Assembly: GCA_003280915.1 (NCBI GenBank)
Contig: QCDL01000004.1
Location: forward strand, 37,190-101,189
From: Prochlorococcus sp. AG-355-I04
Lineage (GTDB): Bacteria; Cyanobacteriota; Cyanobacteriia; PCC-6307; Cyanobiaceae
Length of the DNA stretch: 64,000 nucleotides
Direction of reading: 5' to 3'
The notes under the pieces are model-generated. The model worked only from the letters and a program-made list of their open reading frames with translations. It was not told the DNA's origin and made no database searches. Position 1 is the first letter of the stretch. The number at the start of each line of letters is the position of its first letter. Below are positions 10,177 to 19,409 of this stretch, in pieces. The position numbers were made by a program, and so were the translations under genes.

Positions 10177-12933
10177 ATGACAGAGATGAATGATCAATTA
10201 TCTTTAGAGAATTATTCACCTTTTGAAGTAGAGAAAAAGTGGCAAGAAAAATGGGAAAGTCTTAAGGCGTTTAGTCCTAACCCTGAGGATGATGGGGAGC
10301 CTTTTTGTGTTGTTATTCCACCACCAAATGTAACTGGATCTTTGCATATGGGGCATGCATTTAATACGGCTTTGATAGATGTTGTAGTACGTTTTCAAAG
10401 ACTTTTAGGTAAGAATGTTTTGTGTTTACCGGGAACTGATCATGCTTCAATAGCTGTTCAAACTATTCTCGAAAAACAATTAAAAAGTGAAGGCAAAACA
10501 AGCGAGGATATTGGAAGAGATGAATTTCTTAAAAGAGCATGGAACTGGAAAGAACAAAGTGGTGGAAGAATAGTTTCTCAATTAAAAAGGATAGGATATT
10601 CAGTTGACTGGACTAGAGAAAGATTTACTCTTGATCAAAAATTAAATGAAGCAGTTATTGAGGCTTTTAATATTCTCTATAAAAAGAATTTAATTTATAG
10701 AGGCGAATATTTGGTTAATTGGTGCCCTGAATCTCAATCTGCCGTAAGTGATCTTGAAGTTGAAATGCAAGAAGTAAATGGTCATTTATGGCATTTTAAA
10801 TACCCTTTAATTTCTGAAAGTGGTGAACAGTTAGATAAGTACTTAGAAGTTGCAACAACAAGACCAGAAACTCTGTTGGGTGATACTGCTGTGGCAGTTA
10901 ATCCTGATGATGATAGATATAAAGAATTTATTGGTGACAAAGTAAAAGTTCCTTTCGTTGATAGAGAAATACCTATTATCGCTGATTCACATGTTGATAA
11001 GGATTTTGGTACGGGTTGTGTGAAGGTTACTCCAGCACATGATCCAAATGATTTTGCAATAGGAAAAAGGCATAATTTAAAACAGATTAATGTAATGAAC
11101 AAAGATGGAACTTTAAATATTAATGCAGGTATTTTTCAAAATTTAGATAGATATGAGGCTAGAAAGAAAATTATCAAAGAATTGGATAACTTAGGCCTTT
11201 TGATAAAGATAGAGGATTATAAACATACTGTTCCTTTTTCTGATAGAGGTAAGGTGCCAATTGAACCTTTATTGTCCACACAATGGTTTTTGAAAATGGA
11301 TGATATATCACAAGGATGTCTTAATGAAATTGATTCTAAAAACCCATCGTTTATTCCTCCAAGATGGGAGAAAGTTTATAAGGATTGGTTAGAGAATATT
11401 AATGATTGGTGTATCAGTCGGCAATTGTGGTGGGGGCACCAAATACCAGCCTGGTATGTTTTAGATCAATCTCAAGACTCAATAGAACAAAATACTCCAT
11501 ATATCGTTGCAAGAAATGAAGAGGATGCCTTAATCGAAGCTAATAAAAAATTTGGATTAAATATTAAATTGGTTCGTGATAAAGATGTTTTGGATACATG
11601 GTTTTCAAGTGGTTTATGGCCATTCTCAACCCTTGGTTGGCCAAATACAAATGATCCGGATTTTGAAAAATGGTATCCAAATAGTGTTCTTGTTACTGGT
11701 TTCGATATTATTTTCTTCTGGGTGGCAAGAATGACAATGATGGGGAATACTTTTACAAATAATATTCCTTTTAAGGATGTTTATATTCATGGTCTAGTTC
11801 GAGATGAAAACAATAAAAAAATGAGTAAAAGTTCAGGTAATGGTATTGATCCAATACTATTAATTGATAAATATGGTTCTGATGCTCTACGATTTGCTTT
11901 AATTCGAGAAGTTGCAGGCGCTGGACAAGATATCCGGCTTGATTTTGATAGGAAAAAAGATACGTCTTCTACTGTTGAAGCTTCAAGAAATTTTGCGAAT
12001 AAATTATGGAATGCAACTAAATTTGTGTTAATTAATAAAACTTCTAATAATAATTATTTGCTTAATGAGAGTGATGAAAATTCTTTAGAGTTATGTGATA
12101 GATGGATTTTATCGAAATTGAATCAGGTAAATATAAAAGTCGCTGCTTTATTGAAAGAATATAAATTGGGAGAATCTGCGAAACTTCTATATGAATTTAC
12201 GTGGAATGATTTTTGTGACTGGTATGTAGAATTTGCTAAACAAAGGTTTAATAATAAAGAGACTAAAAATAGACAAATATCTGAAAAAGTTTTAATAAAA
12301 GCGCTCAATGATATTTTGGTAATGATTCATCCTTTTATGCCGCACATTACTGAAGAACTTTGGCACGTGCTGCAACTAAAACCAGATAATGCATTATTAT
12401 CTCTCCAAAAATGGCCAATTTTCGAAAATAAATTTGTTGATAATAAGCTTGATAATTCCTTTCAGCAACTCTTTGAAATTATTAGGCTGATTAGAAATTT
12501 GAGAGCTGAATTAGGTCTTAAACCATCAGAAAAAGGTCCTGTATATTTAATTTCAGATAATGATGAATTGATTGATTTTTTAAAAACTTTAGTTGATGAT
12601 ATTCAAACCTTAACTAAATCTTCTGAAGTATTTATTTTTAAAACTAATGCTGTTGATAAAAAAGATTTTGCTAAATCTTTTTCTGGGATAATTAGTGATT
12701 TAGAGGTTTATTTACCTTTTCAGGATTTTGTAAATATAGATGCATTAAAGGAAAGGTTAACCAAGGATTTAAAAAAGGTGACTATTGAATTAGAAAATTT
12801 AAATAAGAGATTATCTAATAAAAATTTCGTTGATAAGGCTCCAAAAGATATTGTTGATGAATGCAGATTTAAATTAAATGAGGGTTTGGTACAACAGGAA
12901 AGAATTACTAAAAAACTCGAACTTTTGAATTGA
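10177..12933 (+). CDS. valS: Valine-tRNA ligase
   Basis: PPPNVTGSLHMGH, DWCISRQLWWGH, KMSKS and a C-terminal coiled coil. First ATG at 10177; the track uses TTG 10171. Confidence 0.98.
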   Translation: MTEMNDQLSLENYSPFEVEKKWQEKWESLKAFSPNPEDDGEPFCVVIPPPNVTGSLHMGHAFNTALIDVVVRFQRLLGKNVLCLPGTDHASIAVQTILEKQLKSEGKTSEDIGRDEFLKRAWNWKEQSGGRIVSQLKRIGYSVDWTRERFTLDQKLNEAVIEAFNILYKKNLIYRGEYLVNWCPESQSAVSDLEVEMQEVNGHLWHFKYPLISESGEQLDKYLEVATTRPETLLGDTAVAVNPDDDRYKEFIGDKVKVPFVDREIPIIADSHVDKDFGTGCVKVTPAHDPNDFAIGKRHNLKQINVMNKDGTLNINAGIFQNLDRYEARKKIIKELDNLGLLIKIEDYKHTVPFSDRGKVPIEPLLSTQWFLKMDDISQGCLNEIDSKNPSFIPPRWEKVYKDWLENINDWCISRQLWWGHQIPAWYVLDQSQDSIEQNTPYIVARNEEDALIEANKKFGLNIKLVRDKDVLDTWFSSGLWPFSTLGWPNTNDPDFEKWYPNSVLVTGFDIIFFWVARMTMMGNTFTNNIPFKDVYIHGLVRDENNKKMSKSSGNGIDPILLIDKYGSDALRFALIREVAGAGQDIRLDFDRKKDTSSTVEASRNFANKLWNATKFVLINKTSNNNYLLNESDENSLELCDRWILSKLNQVNIKVAALLKEYKLGESAKLLYEFTWNDFCDWYVEFAKQRFNNKETKNRQISEKVLIKALNDILVMIHPFMPHITEELWHVLQLKPDNALLSLQKWPIFENKFVDNKLDNSFQQLFEIIRLIRNLRAELGLKPSEKGPVYLISDNDELIDFLKTLVDDIQTLTKSSEVFIFKTNAVDKKDFAKSFSGIISDLEVYLPFQDFVNIDALKERLTKDLKKVTIELENLNKRLSNKNFVDKAPKDIVDECRFKLNEGLVQQERITKKLELLN

Positions 12934-13532
12934 GAATGAATATATTTCTTGAAAATATTTATAATTTGTCTTTTTTTTTTAATACTGGAATTGGGATCTT
13001 TTCGTTTTTTTGTATATATATTTTAACTGTTTTATTAATACTTCCAGCTTCTTGGTTATCTTTATTATCAGGTTTTTTATATGGCTCATATTTAGGATCA
13101 ATTATCGTTTTCATTTCCGCTTCCATAGGAGCATCAGTTGCTTTTTTTGTATCAAAAAGTTTTTTTTCAAAAAAGTTAAAAAATCTTTTTAGCCGTTATC
13201 CAAAATTAAGTGTCATGAAAAAAGTAGTAGAAAAAGGGGGATTTAAATTAATTTTTTTAGCGAGATTATCGCCGATATTTCCCTTCAGTATTCTTAATTA
13301 TTTTTATGGTTTGAATAATGTTAAATTTAGAGATTTCGCTCTTGGCCTTATTGGAATCATTCCAGGCACTTTTCTTTATTGCTCAATAGGTAGTTTGGCA
13401 AAAAGTATTCAGGAGTTAAAAAATGTGCAATCACCAAATAATTTATATATTACTAGCATTGGAATTATTTCAACTTTTTTAGTTGTATATTTCTCAGCTA
13501 AATACTCCAGAGAATATTTTGAAAAATCCTAA
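12930..13532 (+). CDS. TVP38/TMEM64 (DedA/SNARE-associated) family membrane protein
   Basis: Hydrophobic protein with LARLSPIFPFSILNYFYG and GIIPGT family motifs; overlaps the valS stop. Confidence 0.85.
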   Translation: MRMNIFLENIYNLSFFFNTGIGIFSFFCIYILTVLLILPASWLSLLSGFLYGSYLGSIIVFISASIGASVAFFVSKSFFSKKLKNLFSRYPKLSVMKKVVEKGGFKLIFLARLSPIFPFSILNYFYGLNNVKFRDFALGLIGIIPGTFLYCSIGSLAKSIQELKNVQSPNNLYITSIGIISTFLVVYFSAKYSREYFEKS

Positions 13533-13536
13533 GAAT

Positions 13537-13689
13537 TTACTCTTTAACATTCCAATCTTTAATTGATGCAATTAAGATAAACCACAACAGTCTAAATTTA
13601 CCCAGTAAGGTTTTGTTAGCTTCTAATTCGATATATTTTGCCTGTCCACAAGGTGTTTTTATGAAGTTGAAAACTGTTTTCTTCGTCAT
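13537..13689 (-). CDS. Small hypothetical protein (50 aa), below the ORF-track cutoff
   Basis: ATG 13689 to TAA 13537: MTKKTVFNFIKTPCGQAKYIELEANKTLLGKFRLLWFILIASIKDWNVKE. It fills an otherwise empty gap. Confidence 0.65.
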   Translation of the reverse strand: MTKKTVFNFIKTPCGQAKYIELEANKTLLGKFRLLWFILIASIKDWNVKE

Positions 13690-13805
13690 AAGTCTCTCAA
13701 AAAATCTTGATAATTATTCTTATATTTTATAGCTAAGATTTTTATTTTTTTTATTTAAAAACCACATTTTTCTTTGACTACTTTACGGAATATTAATTTT
13801 AAAAT

Positions 13806-15134
13806 TTAAACTTTTTCTCCAGCTTTAAATCCTCTAAAGCATTTGAATCTAGGAAATCTAAGACTAAAAGCTACCGCATCCTTGGATTTCGTTTTAGCAT
13901 CAGCTCTAATTTCTACAAGTTGACCTATAAGTTGACTCCGTTTAGACCAATATTCTTGACGTTGGATATCACTAAATCCGCTTCCGCAGCTAAGACTGTA
14001 TTCATACCCATCATCTTCCCCTTCTACTATGATAGCTCCTAGTCTACCTTTATTGCGACCTGTTCCTTCCTCAACCGATACAACCTTTAAAGTGACTTCA
14101 ATGAAAGGTTTTGCTTTTAACCAACTGTGTGTTCTTTTACATTCATACATAGCATCAGGATCTTTAATCATTACTCCTTCATATCCACCTTCGACGGCAG
14201 CTTTATTCAGCTCTACAAATCTTTTTTGTCCCTCAATGGTGTCTAGATCTACATTTTCCCATTGAAGCGTTTTTATATGTCTTAAAAGCATAGAATGTTT
14301 TGCTACCCATTCTTTTACTAATAAACTTCTTGCTGTTTGACTAGTGTTCCATCTCCCTTTTTGGAAGTTTTCAAGGGGACATAAGTCAAATAGGTGGAGA
14401 ACTGCATCTTTTGTTTGTTTGCCATCTTTTCTATGAACCTGTTTCATTAAATCCTGAAAGTTAGCACTCATTACTTCACCATCTAGGACTAAGTCATGTG
14501 GTGCAGGATCTTCTTTTAAAACGTTTTCTATTTCTGAGATAATATGACCAAAATTATGGAATTGTTTCCCATTACGAGAAAACATTTCTACTTTATTTTG
14601 TCTAATAATAGTTAATACGCGCACTCCATCTAATTTGATTTCAATTTGCTTTTTTCCTATCATTTTTTTTTCATGATTTGCACTGTCATGAGCTAAGGGA
14701 CATGAAAAAATAGGAATCGCATATTTTGGAAATTTCTTGGCTATCTTGTTGATTGTTTTTTCAGATACACCACATCTAAGATCTTTAATTAAAACTCGTC
14801 TATAAAATCCATTCCACTCTTCTTTTTTGGCAGATTCCATAGCCGTAATAATTGCATCTCGAGCAGCGTGACCAGTAAGTTTTCTTTGAATAAGCTTATT
14901 TGCTAAAACCCTAAAATCTTTCCATAAAAAATTTTGACTTTTTTCATTCTCTTTTTCAGGAACAATTTTTACACCAAAAGTTACCAATGGATCAAGTGCC
15001 ATACGGATTCCTTCAAAAAAATCATCTAGACCTTGTTCCATTGCTTCTGAAATGATTTTTTCTTTATCTAATCTACTTGGATGTAATTCTAATTGATGTA
15101 TTATCTCTTCTTTAAACAATTCTTTTTGCCTCAC
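13806..15134 (-). CDS. ATP-dependent DNA ligase
   Basis: Motif I EIKLDGVR, VLDGEV, HLFDL, EGVMIK, WLKAKP, and OB-fold CGSGFSD and SLRFPRF; helical N-terminal DNA-binding domain. Confidence 0.93.
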   Translation of the reverse strand: MRQKELFKEEIIHQLELHPSRLDKEKIISEAMEQGLDDFFEGIRMALDPLVTFGVKIVPEKENEKSQNFLWKDFRVLANKLIQRKLTGHAARDAIITAMESAKKEEWNGFYRRVLIKDLRCGVSEKTINKIAKKFPKYAIPIFSCPLAHDSANHEKKMIGKKQIEIKLDGVRVLTIIRQNKVEMFSRNGKQFHNFGHIISEIENVLKEDPAPHDLVLDGEVMSANFQDLMKQVHRKDGKQTKDAVLHLFDLCPLENFQKGRWNTSQTARSLLVKEWVAKHSMLLRHIKTLQWENVDLDTIEGQKRFVELNKAAVEGGYEGVMIKDPDAMYECKRTHSWLKAKPFIEVTLKVVSVEEGTGRNKGRLGAIIVEGEDDGYEYSLSCGSGFSDIQRQEYWSKRSQLIGQLVEIRADAKTKSKDAVAFSLRFPRFKCFRGFKAGEKV

Positions 15135-15143
15135 AAGAAATTA

Positions 15144-15563
15144 TTAATTCACTTTTGCTATTCTGTCTATTTTCCAATCATTGTCAGTTTTTGCAAAAGT
15201 AAAATCTAATGGGAGCTCATCTTGTTTATCTTCTGATTTTAAATTCAAAGTTATTATGATTTGATCTTCTTGGACTCTGGGTCTTCCTGATTTTAAATTT
15301 CTGTATTTATTGAGATTTAAACTAGCTAAAAATTTAAGAAAGTCTTGGCGCTTCACATGAGTTTTATAAGTTTTTGTAGTCAAACCATAAGCTGCATCAA
15401 TTCTGCCAGCAGCTATTTGATCAAAAAACTTTCTAACTAATGGATTAATTCCTCTGGCGCTTATAACTAATTTGACTGCATTAAAAGTCCAAAAAGAAAC
15501 TAGTACAGCTCCGCCAATTAATAGTGCTTTAATTCCTATATCTTTAACTAGTGTTGCATCCAT
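15144..15563 (-). CDS. Hypothetical protein with an N-terminal TM anchor and a probable NTF2-like domain
   Basis: Hydrophobic residues 10-28; FFDQIAAGRIDAAY and terminal WKIDRI patterns resemble NTF2-like DUF proteins (pattern recognition only). Confidence 0.6.
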   Translation of the reverse strand: MDATLVKDIGIKALLIGGAVLVSFWTFNAVKLVISARGINPLVRKFFDQIAAGRIDAAYGLTTKTYKTHVKRQDFLKFLASLNLNKYRNLKSGRPRVQEDQIIITLNLKSEDKQDELPLDFTFAKTDNDWKIDRIAKVN

Positions 15564-15648
15564 GTTGATTTAAGTTTTTTATTACTTTAAGAAAAGAAAT
15601 CGTTTTTGATGGCTTTTTTTGTCAAAATAATACTAATTTTAATTCATA

Positions 15649-16176
15649 ATGCCTGTAATTCCTCTTTTACCTTTATTTCATAAATTTAATAGCCAATATT
15701 TTGAAAATTCTCTAGCGGTTAATAATCAACCTTTAGTAAAAGTTAGATGGAGTGATAATAGATTAAAAACCACTGCTGGTTTTTATAAAAGAAAAAGAAT
15801 TAATGGTCTTGTAGATTCTGAAATTATCTTATCGAAACCTATTTTGAGTAAATTATCTACTAGTGAAATAAACAGTACTTTATGTCATGAAATGATTCAT
15901 GCATGGGTAGATAGGATATTAAAAAAAAATGAGATACATGGTCCAAATTTCTTAGAAAAGATGAATGAAATTAATAAGAAAGAGAAGAATTTTCAAATTT
16001 CTGTGAGGCACTCATTTCCCATTGAAAGGAGAGAATTAAAATACATAGGAACTTGCCAAAATTGTGGTGAGAAGTTTTTCTATAGGAAAAGGATAAAGAA
16101 TATTGCTTGTAAAAAATGTTGTGTAAATTTCTTTAATGGATCATGGAATAAAAAGTGTTTAATTTTGTTTGATTAA
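15649..16176 (+). CDS. SprT-family zinc metalloprotease with a C-terminal zinc ribbon
   Basis: WSDNRLKTTAG, TLCHEMIH (HExxH), HGPNF, CQNC...CKKC. Confidence 0.88.
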   Translation: MPVIPLLPLFHKFNSQYFENSLAVNNQPLVKVRWSDNRLKTTAGFYKRKRINGLVDSEIILSKPILSKLSTSEINSTLCHEMIHAWVDRILKKNEIHGPNFLEKMNEINKKEKNFQISVRHSFPIERRELKYIGTCQNCGEKFFYRKRIKNIACKKCCVNFFNGSWNKKCLILFD

Positions 16177-16259
16177 AAATATATAATGTGTTTTTGTTTC
16201 TATATTTGGAATTATTTATTTTTTTAATGTAGTTTATATTTTAAAGAGCATAATAATTT

Positions 16260-16826
16260 ATGGATTCAAGGAGAATTAGAAATCTTAGAAATAGTTTTGA
16301 TAAAAATATTGTTGATAAACAGGTTGATAAAATTTTCGAAACTGGAAGACAATTTGTTGATGGAGTATCTGGTGCTAGGCCAGGAAAAAGAAGGAACTCA
16401 GATTTTCAAGGAATAACAACTAAGAGTGTTAAAAAAGTAGGAAGATGGGTATCTGAAAAAGTGGATTTATTTTTTGATGAAGATAATGATGATTGGGATG
16501 ATGAGAATTTTTATGATGATAATAGGGATATTAAGACATTTTCCAGAGAATCAAATTCTTATGAATCTGCTAAACAGCACTCAAAAAGACCTTTAGAAGC
16601 AATATCTTTAAGGCAACCAAACAATTTACAGACAACTGAGCAAAAAAAATTACCTTACGTGAAAGAGAGTAAGGACGAAGATTGGCCAGATGAAATGGAT
16701 TTTAAAGTTGAAAGATGGCAAAGAGCTTCAGAAAAAGAGATTAATACTTCGAGAGATCAATCAAACCAACAACTTCAATCAAAATCAAGAAATCTTCCCA
16801 AATCAAGAAGAAGAAGAAGAGTATAG
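16260..16826 (+). CDS. Conserved hypothetical, largely low-complexity protein
   Basis: 188-aa ORF with an acidic centre (DEDNDDWDDE) and a basic tail (KSRRRRRV); no catalytic motif seen. Confidence 0.75.
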   Translation: MDSRRIRNLRNSFDKNIVDKQVDKIFETGRQFVDGVSGARPGKRRNSDFQGITTKSVKKVGRWVSEKVDLFFDEDNDDWDDENFYDDNRDIKTFSRESNSYESAKQHSKRPLEAISLRQPNNLQTTEQKKLPYVKESKDEDWPDEMDFKVERWQRASEKEINTSRDQSNQQLQSKSRNLPKSRRRRRV

Positions 16827-17411
16827 TTTCGTAAATTCTTTAATTCCTGAATAGCCTAATAAACTTTCTAAATGTGGATTGAATACTTCTCTAATAATTG
16901 TTAGGGGCTTTTTGTCTCTAAAAAATCTATAATTTCTTGACCAGAATGGACCTTTAAAACAAAATTGATCCTCTAACCAATTTGAATTGACAAGTGAAAT
17001 TCGATCAACTTCTCTAAATAATTCTGATCTGTCTTGTGTCAAATTCTTCCAAATTGGTTCTTCTTTGGCTTTTAAATTTTCATTCACTTGTTCTGCATTC
17101 CACCAACTTTCAGCCCATGCTAGGTTTTTATTATTGTTTCTAATCCATACTTGTCTTCTAATTAAAGTTCCATTTAACTGATTTAATTCTTTAGGTCCCT
17201 CTGCGATAAATAGAGGATCTACTTGCATTGAAATTAATTTAATTTTCGTCTCTTGATTAGTTAAAAGCTGTAGATGTCTAGTTGGACTTCCATCCCCAAG
17301 CAGCATTAATTTCCATGGACCAGATATTTTTGGTAATGAATTTTTCACTAAAAAAGTAGAGGCTTTCTCTTCCCATAAAATTTTTGGTGATTTAAAAAGT
17401 TTATTATTCAG
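16803..17411 (-). CDS. ubiC: Chorismate pyruvate-lyase (UbiC-like, DUF98 family; 4-hydroxybenzoate for plastoquinone)
   Basis: LLGDGSPTRHL, RRQVW, AESWW, PIW, GPFWSR, IREVF motifs. The track start is GTG 17348, but the frame is open up to CTG 17411. Confidence 0.8.
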   Translation of the reverse strand: MNNKLFKSPKILWEEKASTFLVKNSLPKISGPWKLMLLGDGSPTRHLQLLTNQETKIKLISMQVDPLFIAEGPKELNQLNGTLIRRQVWIRNNNKNLAWAESWWNAEQVNENLKAKEEPIWKNLTQDRSELFREVDRISLVNSNWLEDQFCFKGPFWSRNYRFFRDKKPLTIIREVFNPHLESLLGYSGIKEFTKLYSSSSS

Positions 17412-17429
17412 TGCTCAAATAAAATCCTT

Positions 17430-19397
17430 TTAAGATGATAACTTTTTTTCGACAAAAATATTTGCCTTTTCTTTTTTTATTTCTCTTATTTTTAGCCAAA
17501 CAAGTAATGCAGTTAAATCAGCTTTGCTAACCCCAGGAATTTTTGAAGCATCACCAAAATTTTTTGGCTTTATCTTATTCAAATTTTCTCTAGCTTCTAA
17601 AGATAATGTCTCTATCTTTTCATAATTTATTTCCAGAGGCAGAGATTTACAGCTTTGACGATTTATTTGTTCTATGTTGTTTTTTTGTCTTTTAAGGTAA
17701 CCCTCGTATTTAATGTCTATTTCAACACCTTCCTGTATTGAAGAATCTAGATTTCTTTCATTCAAATTATATTTAATTAAATCTGAATAATGAAAGTTTG
17801 GTCTTTTTAAGAGTTCTTTCAAAGTTGTTGAGCCTTTGATTTTTGATCCCGTTTCTAATTCTATTTTTTTTGATATTTCATCGGTATTTTTTAAACGAGT
17901 GTTATTTAATCTAAATTTCTCTTCTTCGAGGAGGTTCATTTTTTCTTGATATGCCGACCATCTTTTCTTATCAATTAGCCCTATTTGATAACCTAATGGT
18001 GTTAATCTTCTGTCTGCATTATCTCCTCTGAGAGTTAACCTATATTCACTCCTACTAGTTAGAACTCTATATGGTTCTTTGAGATCTTTTGTAATTAAAT
18101 CATTGATCATTGTTCCTATATAACTGCTTTCTCTAGTGAAGATTATTGGATCTTTTTTGTTTAATTTTCTTGTCGCATTGACACCTGCAACTAATCCTTG
18201 TGCTGCTGCTTCTTCATATCCAGTAGTGCCATTAATTTGTCCGGCGGTAAATAAATATTCAATTTCTTTCGTTTCGAGTGATGTTTGAAGCTGTGTTGCA
18301 GGTATATAGTCATACTCCACAGCATATGCTGGTCGCAACATTTTACATTCACCTAATCCAGGTAAGGTCCTTAAAAGTTCTAATTGAATATTTTCAGGTA
18401 AACCTGTAGAAAATCCTTGTACGTATATTTCAGGGGTAGTAATTCCTTCTGGTTCTAAGAAAATTTGATGTGATTCTTTATCAGCAAATTTGACGATTTT
18501 ATCTTCAATTGATGGACAATATCTTGGCCCCTTACTATCAATAAAACCACCGTAAATGGGAGTTAAATGTAAATTGTCTCTAATTAGTTGATGTGTTTTG
18601 GTAGTTGTTCTTGTGATGTGACAACTAACTTGGGGCATATTATTTTTTATATCTGGGTCAAACGAAAAATATTTATCTGCTGCAGTACTTGGTTGAATAT
18701 CTAATTCATCAAAAATGATACTTCTTTTATCAACTCTTGCTGGAGTACCTGTTTTTAAACGTTCTGTTTTGATACCAATTTCGTGCAAATTCTGAGTAAG
18801 ACCTTGTGCTGCTTGTTCGCCCGATCTACCAGCTGACATTGATTTATTTCCTATCCATATTCTTCCTTCTAAGAATGTACCAGCTGTTATGATAACTGAT
18901 CTTGCTGAATAATAACTACCAAAGAATGTTTTTACACCCTTTATTCTTTTTTTTAAGATTTTTTTTGAGTTCAATCCAATTTGTTCAGTTTTTGCAATAT
19001 CCAGTTCAGTAATCATTGCTTCTTTTAAAGATAAATTATCTGTATTTTGTAGTATATCGATCATTCTTTTTGAGTATTCTCTTTTATCTGTCTGAGCTCT
19101 TAACGCCCATACAGCTGGGCCTCTACTTGCATTTAATATTCTTTTTTGAATAGCTGTCTCATCGGCTAATTTACCAATAATTCCACCTAATGCATCAACT
19201 TCATGAACCAACTGACTTTTTGCTGGTCCCCCAACTGCAGGGTTACACGGTTGCCAAGCAATTCTATCTAGATTGATTGTAAATAAGGCAGTAGAAAAAC
19301 CTAATTTTGCAGTTGTTATAGCGGCTTCGCATCCTGCATGTCCTCCTCCAATAACGATGACGTCAAAAGATTCATTTGTTGAGTGATGATCTTGCAT
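17430..19397 (-). CDS. mnmG: tRNA uridine-5-carboxymethylaminomethyl modification enzyme MnmG (GidA)
   Basis: [50 protein letters not shown]. Confidence 0.98.
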   Translation of the reverse strand: MQDHHSTNESFDVIVIGGGHAGCEAAITTAKLGFSTALFTINLDRIAWQPCNPAVGGPAKSQLVHEVDALGGIIGKLADETAIQKRILNASRGPAVWALRAQTDKREYSKRMIDILQNTDNLSLKEAMITELDIAKTEQIGLNSKKILKKRIKGVKTFFGSYYSARSVIITAGTFLEGRIWIGNKSMSAGRSGEQAAQGLTQNLHEIGIKTERLKTGTPARVDKRSIIFDELDIQPSTAADKYFSFDPDIKNNMPQVSCHITRTTTKTHQLIRDNLHLTPIYGGFIDSKGPRYCPSIEDKIVKFADKESHQIFLEPEGITTPEIYVQGFSTGLPENIQLELLRTLPGLGECKMLRPAYAVEYDYIPATQLQTSLETKEIEYLFTAGQINGTTGYEEAAAQGLVAGVNATRKLNKKDPIIFTRESSYIGTMINDLITKDLKEPYRVLTSRSEYRLTLRGDNADRRLTPLGYQIGLIDKKRWSAYQEKMNLLEEEKFRLNNTRLKNTDEISKKIELETGSKIKGSTTLKELLKRPNFHYSDLIKYNLNERNLDSSIQEGVEIDIKYEGYLKRQKNNIEQINRQSCKSLPLEINYEKIETLSLEARENLNKIKPKNFGDASKIPGVSKADLTALLVWLKIREIKKEKANIFVEKKLSS

Positions 19398-19409
19398 TTT
19401 AGGAGCGAT

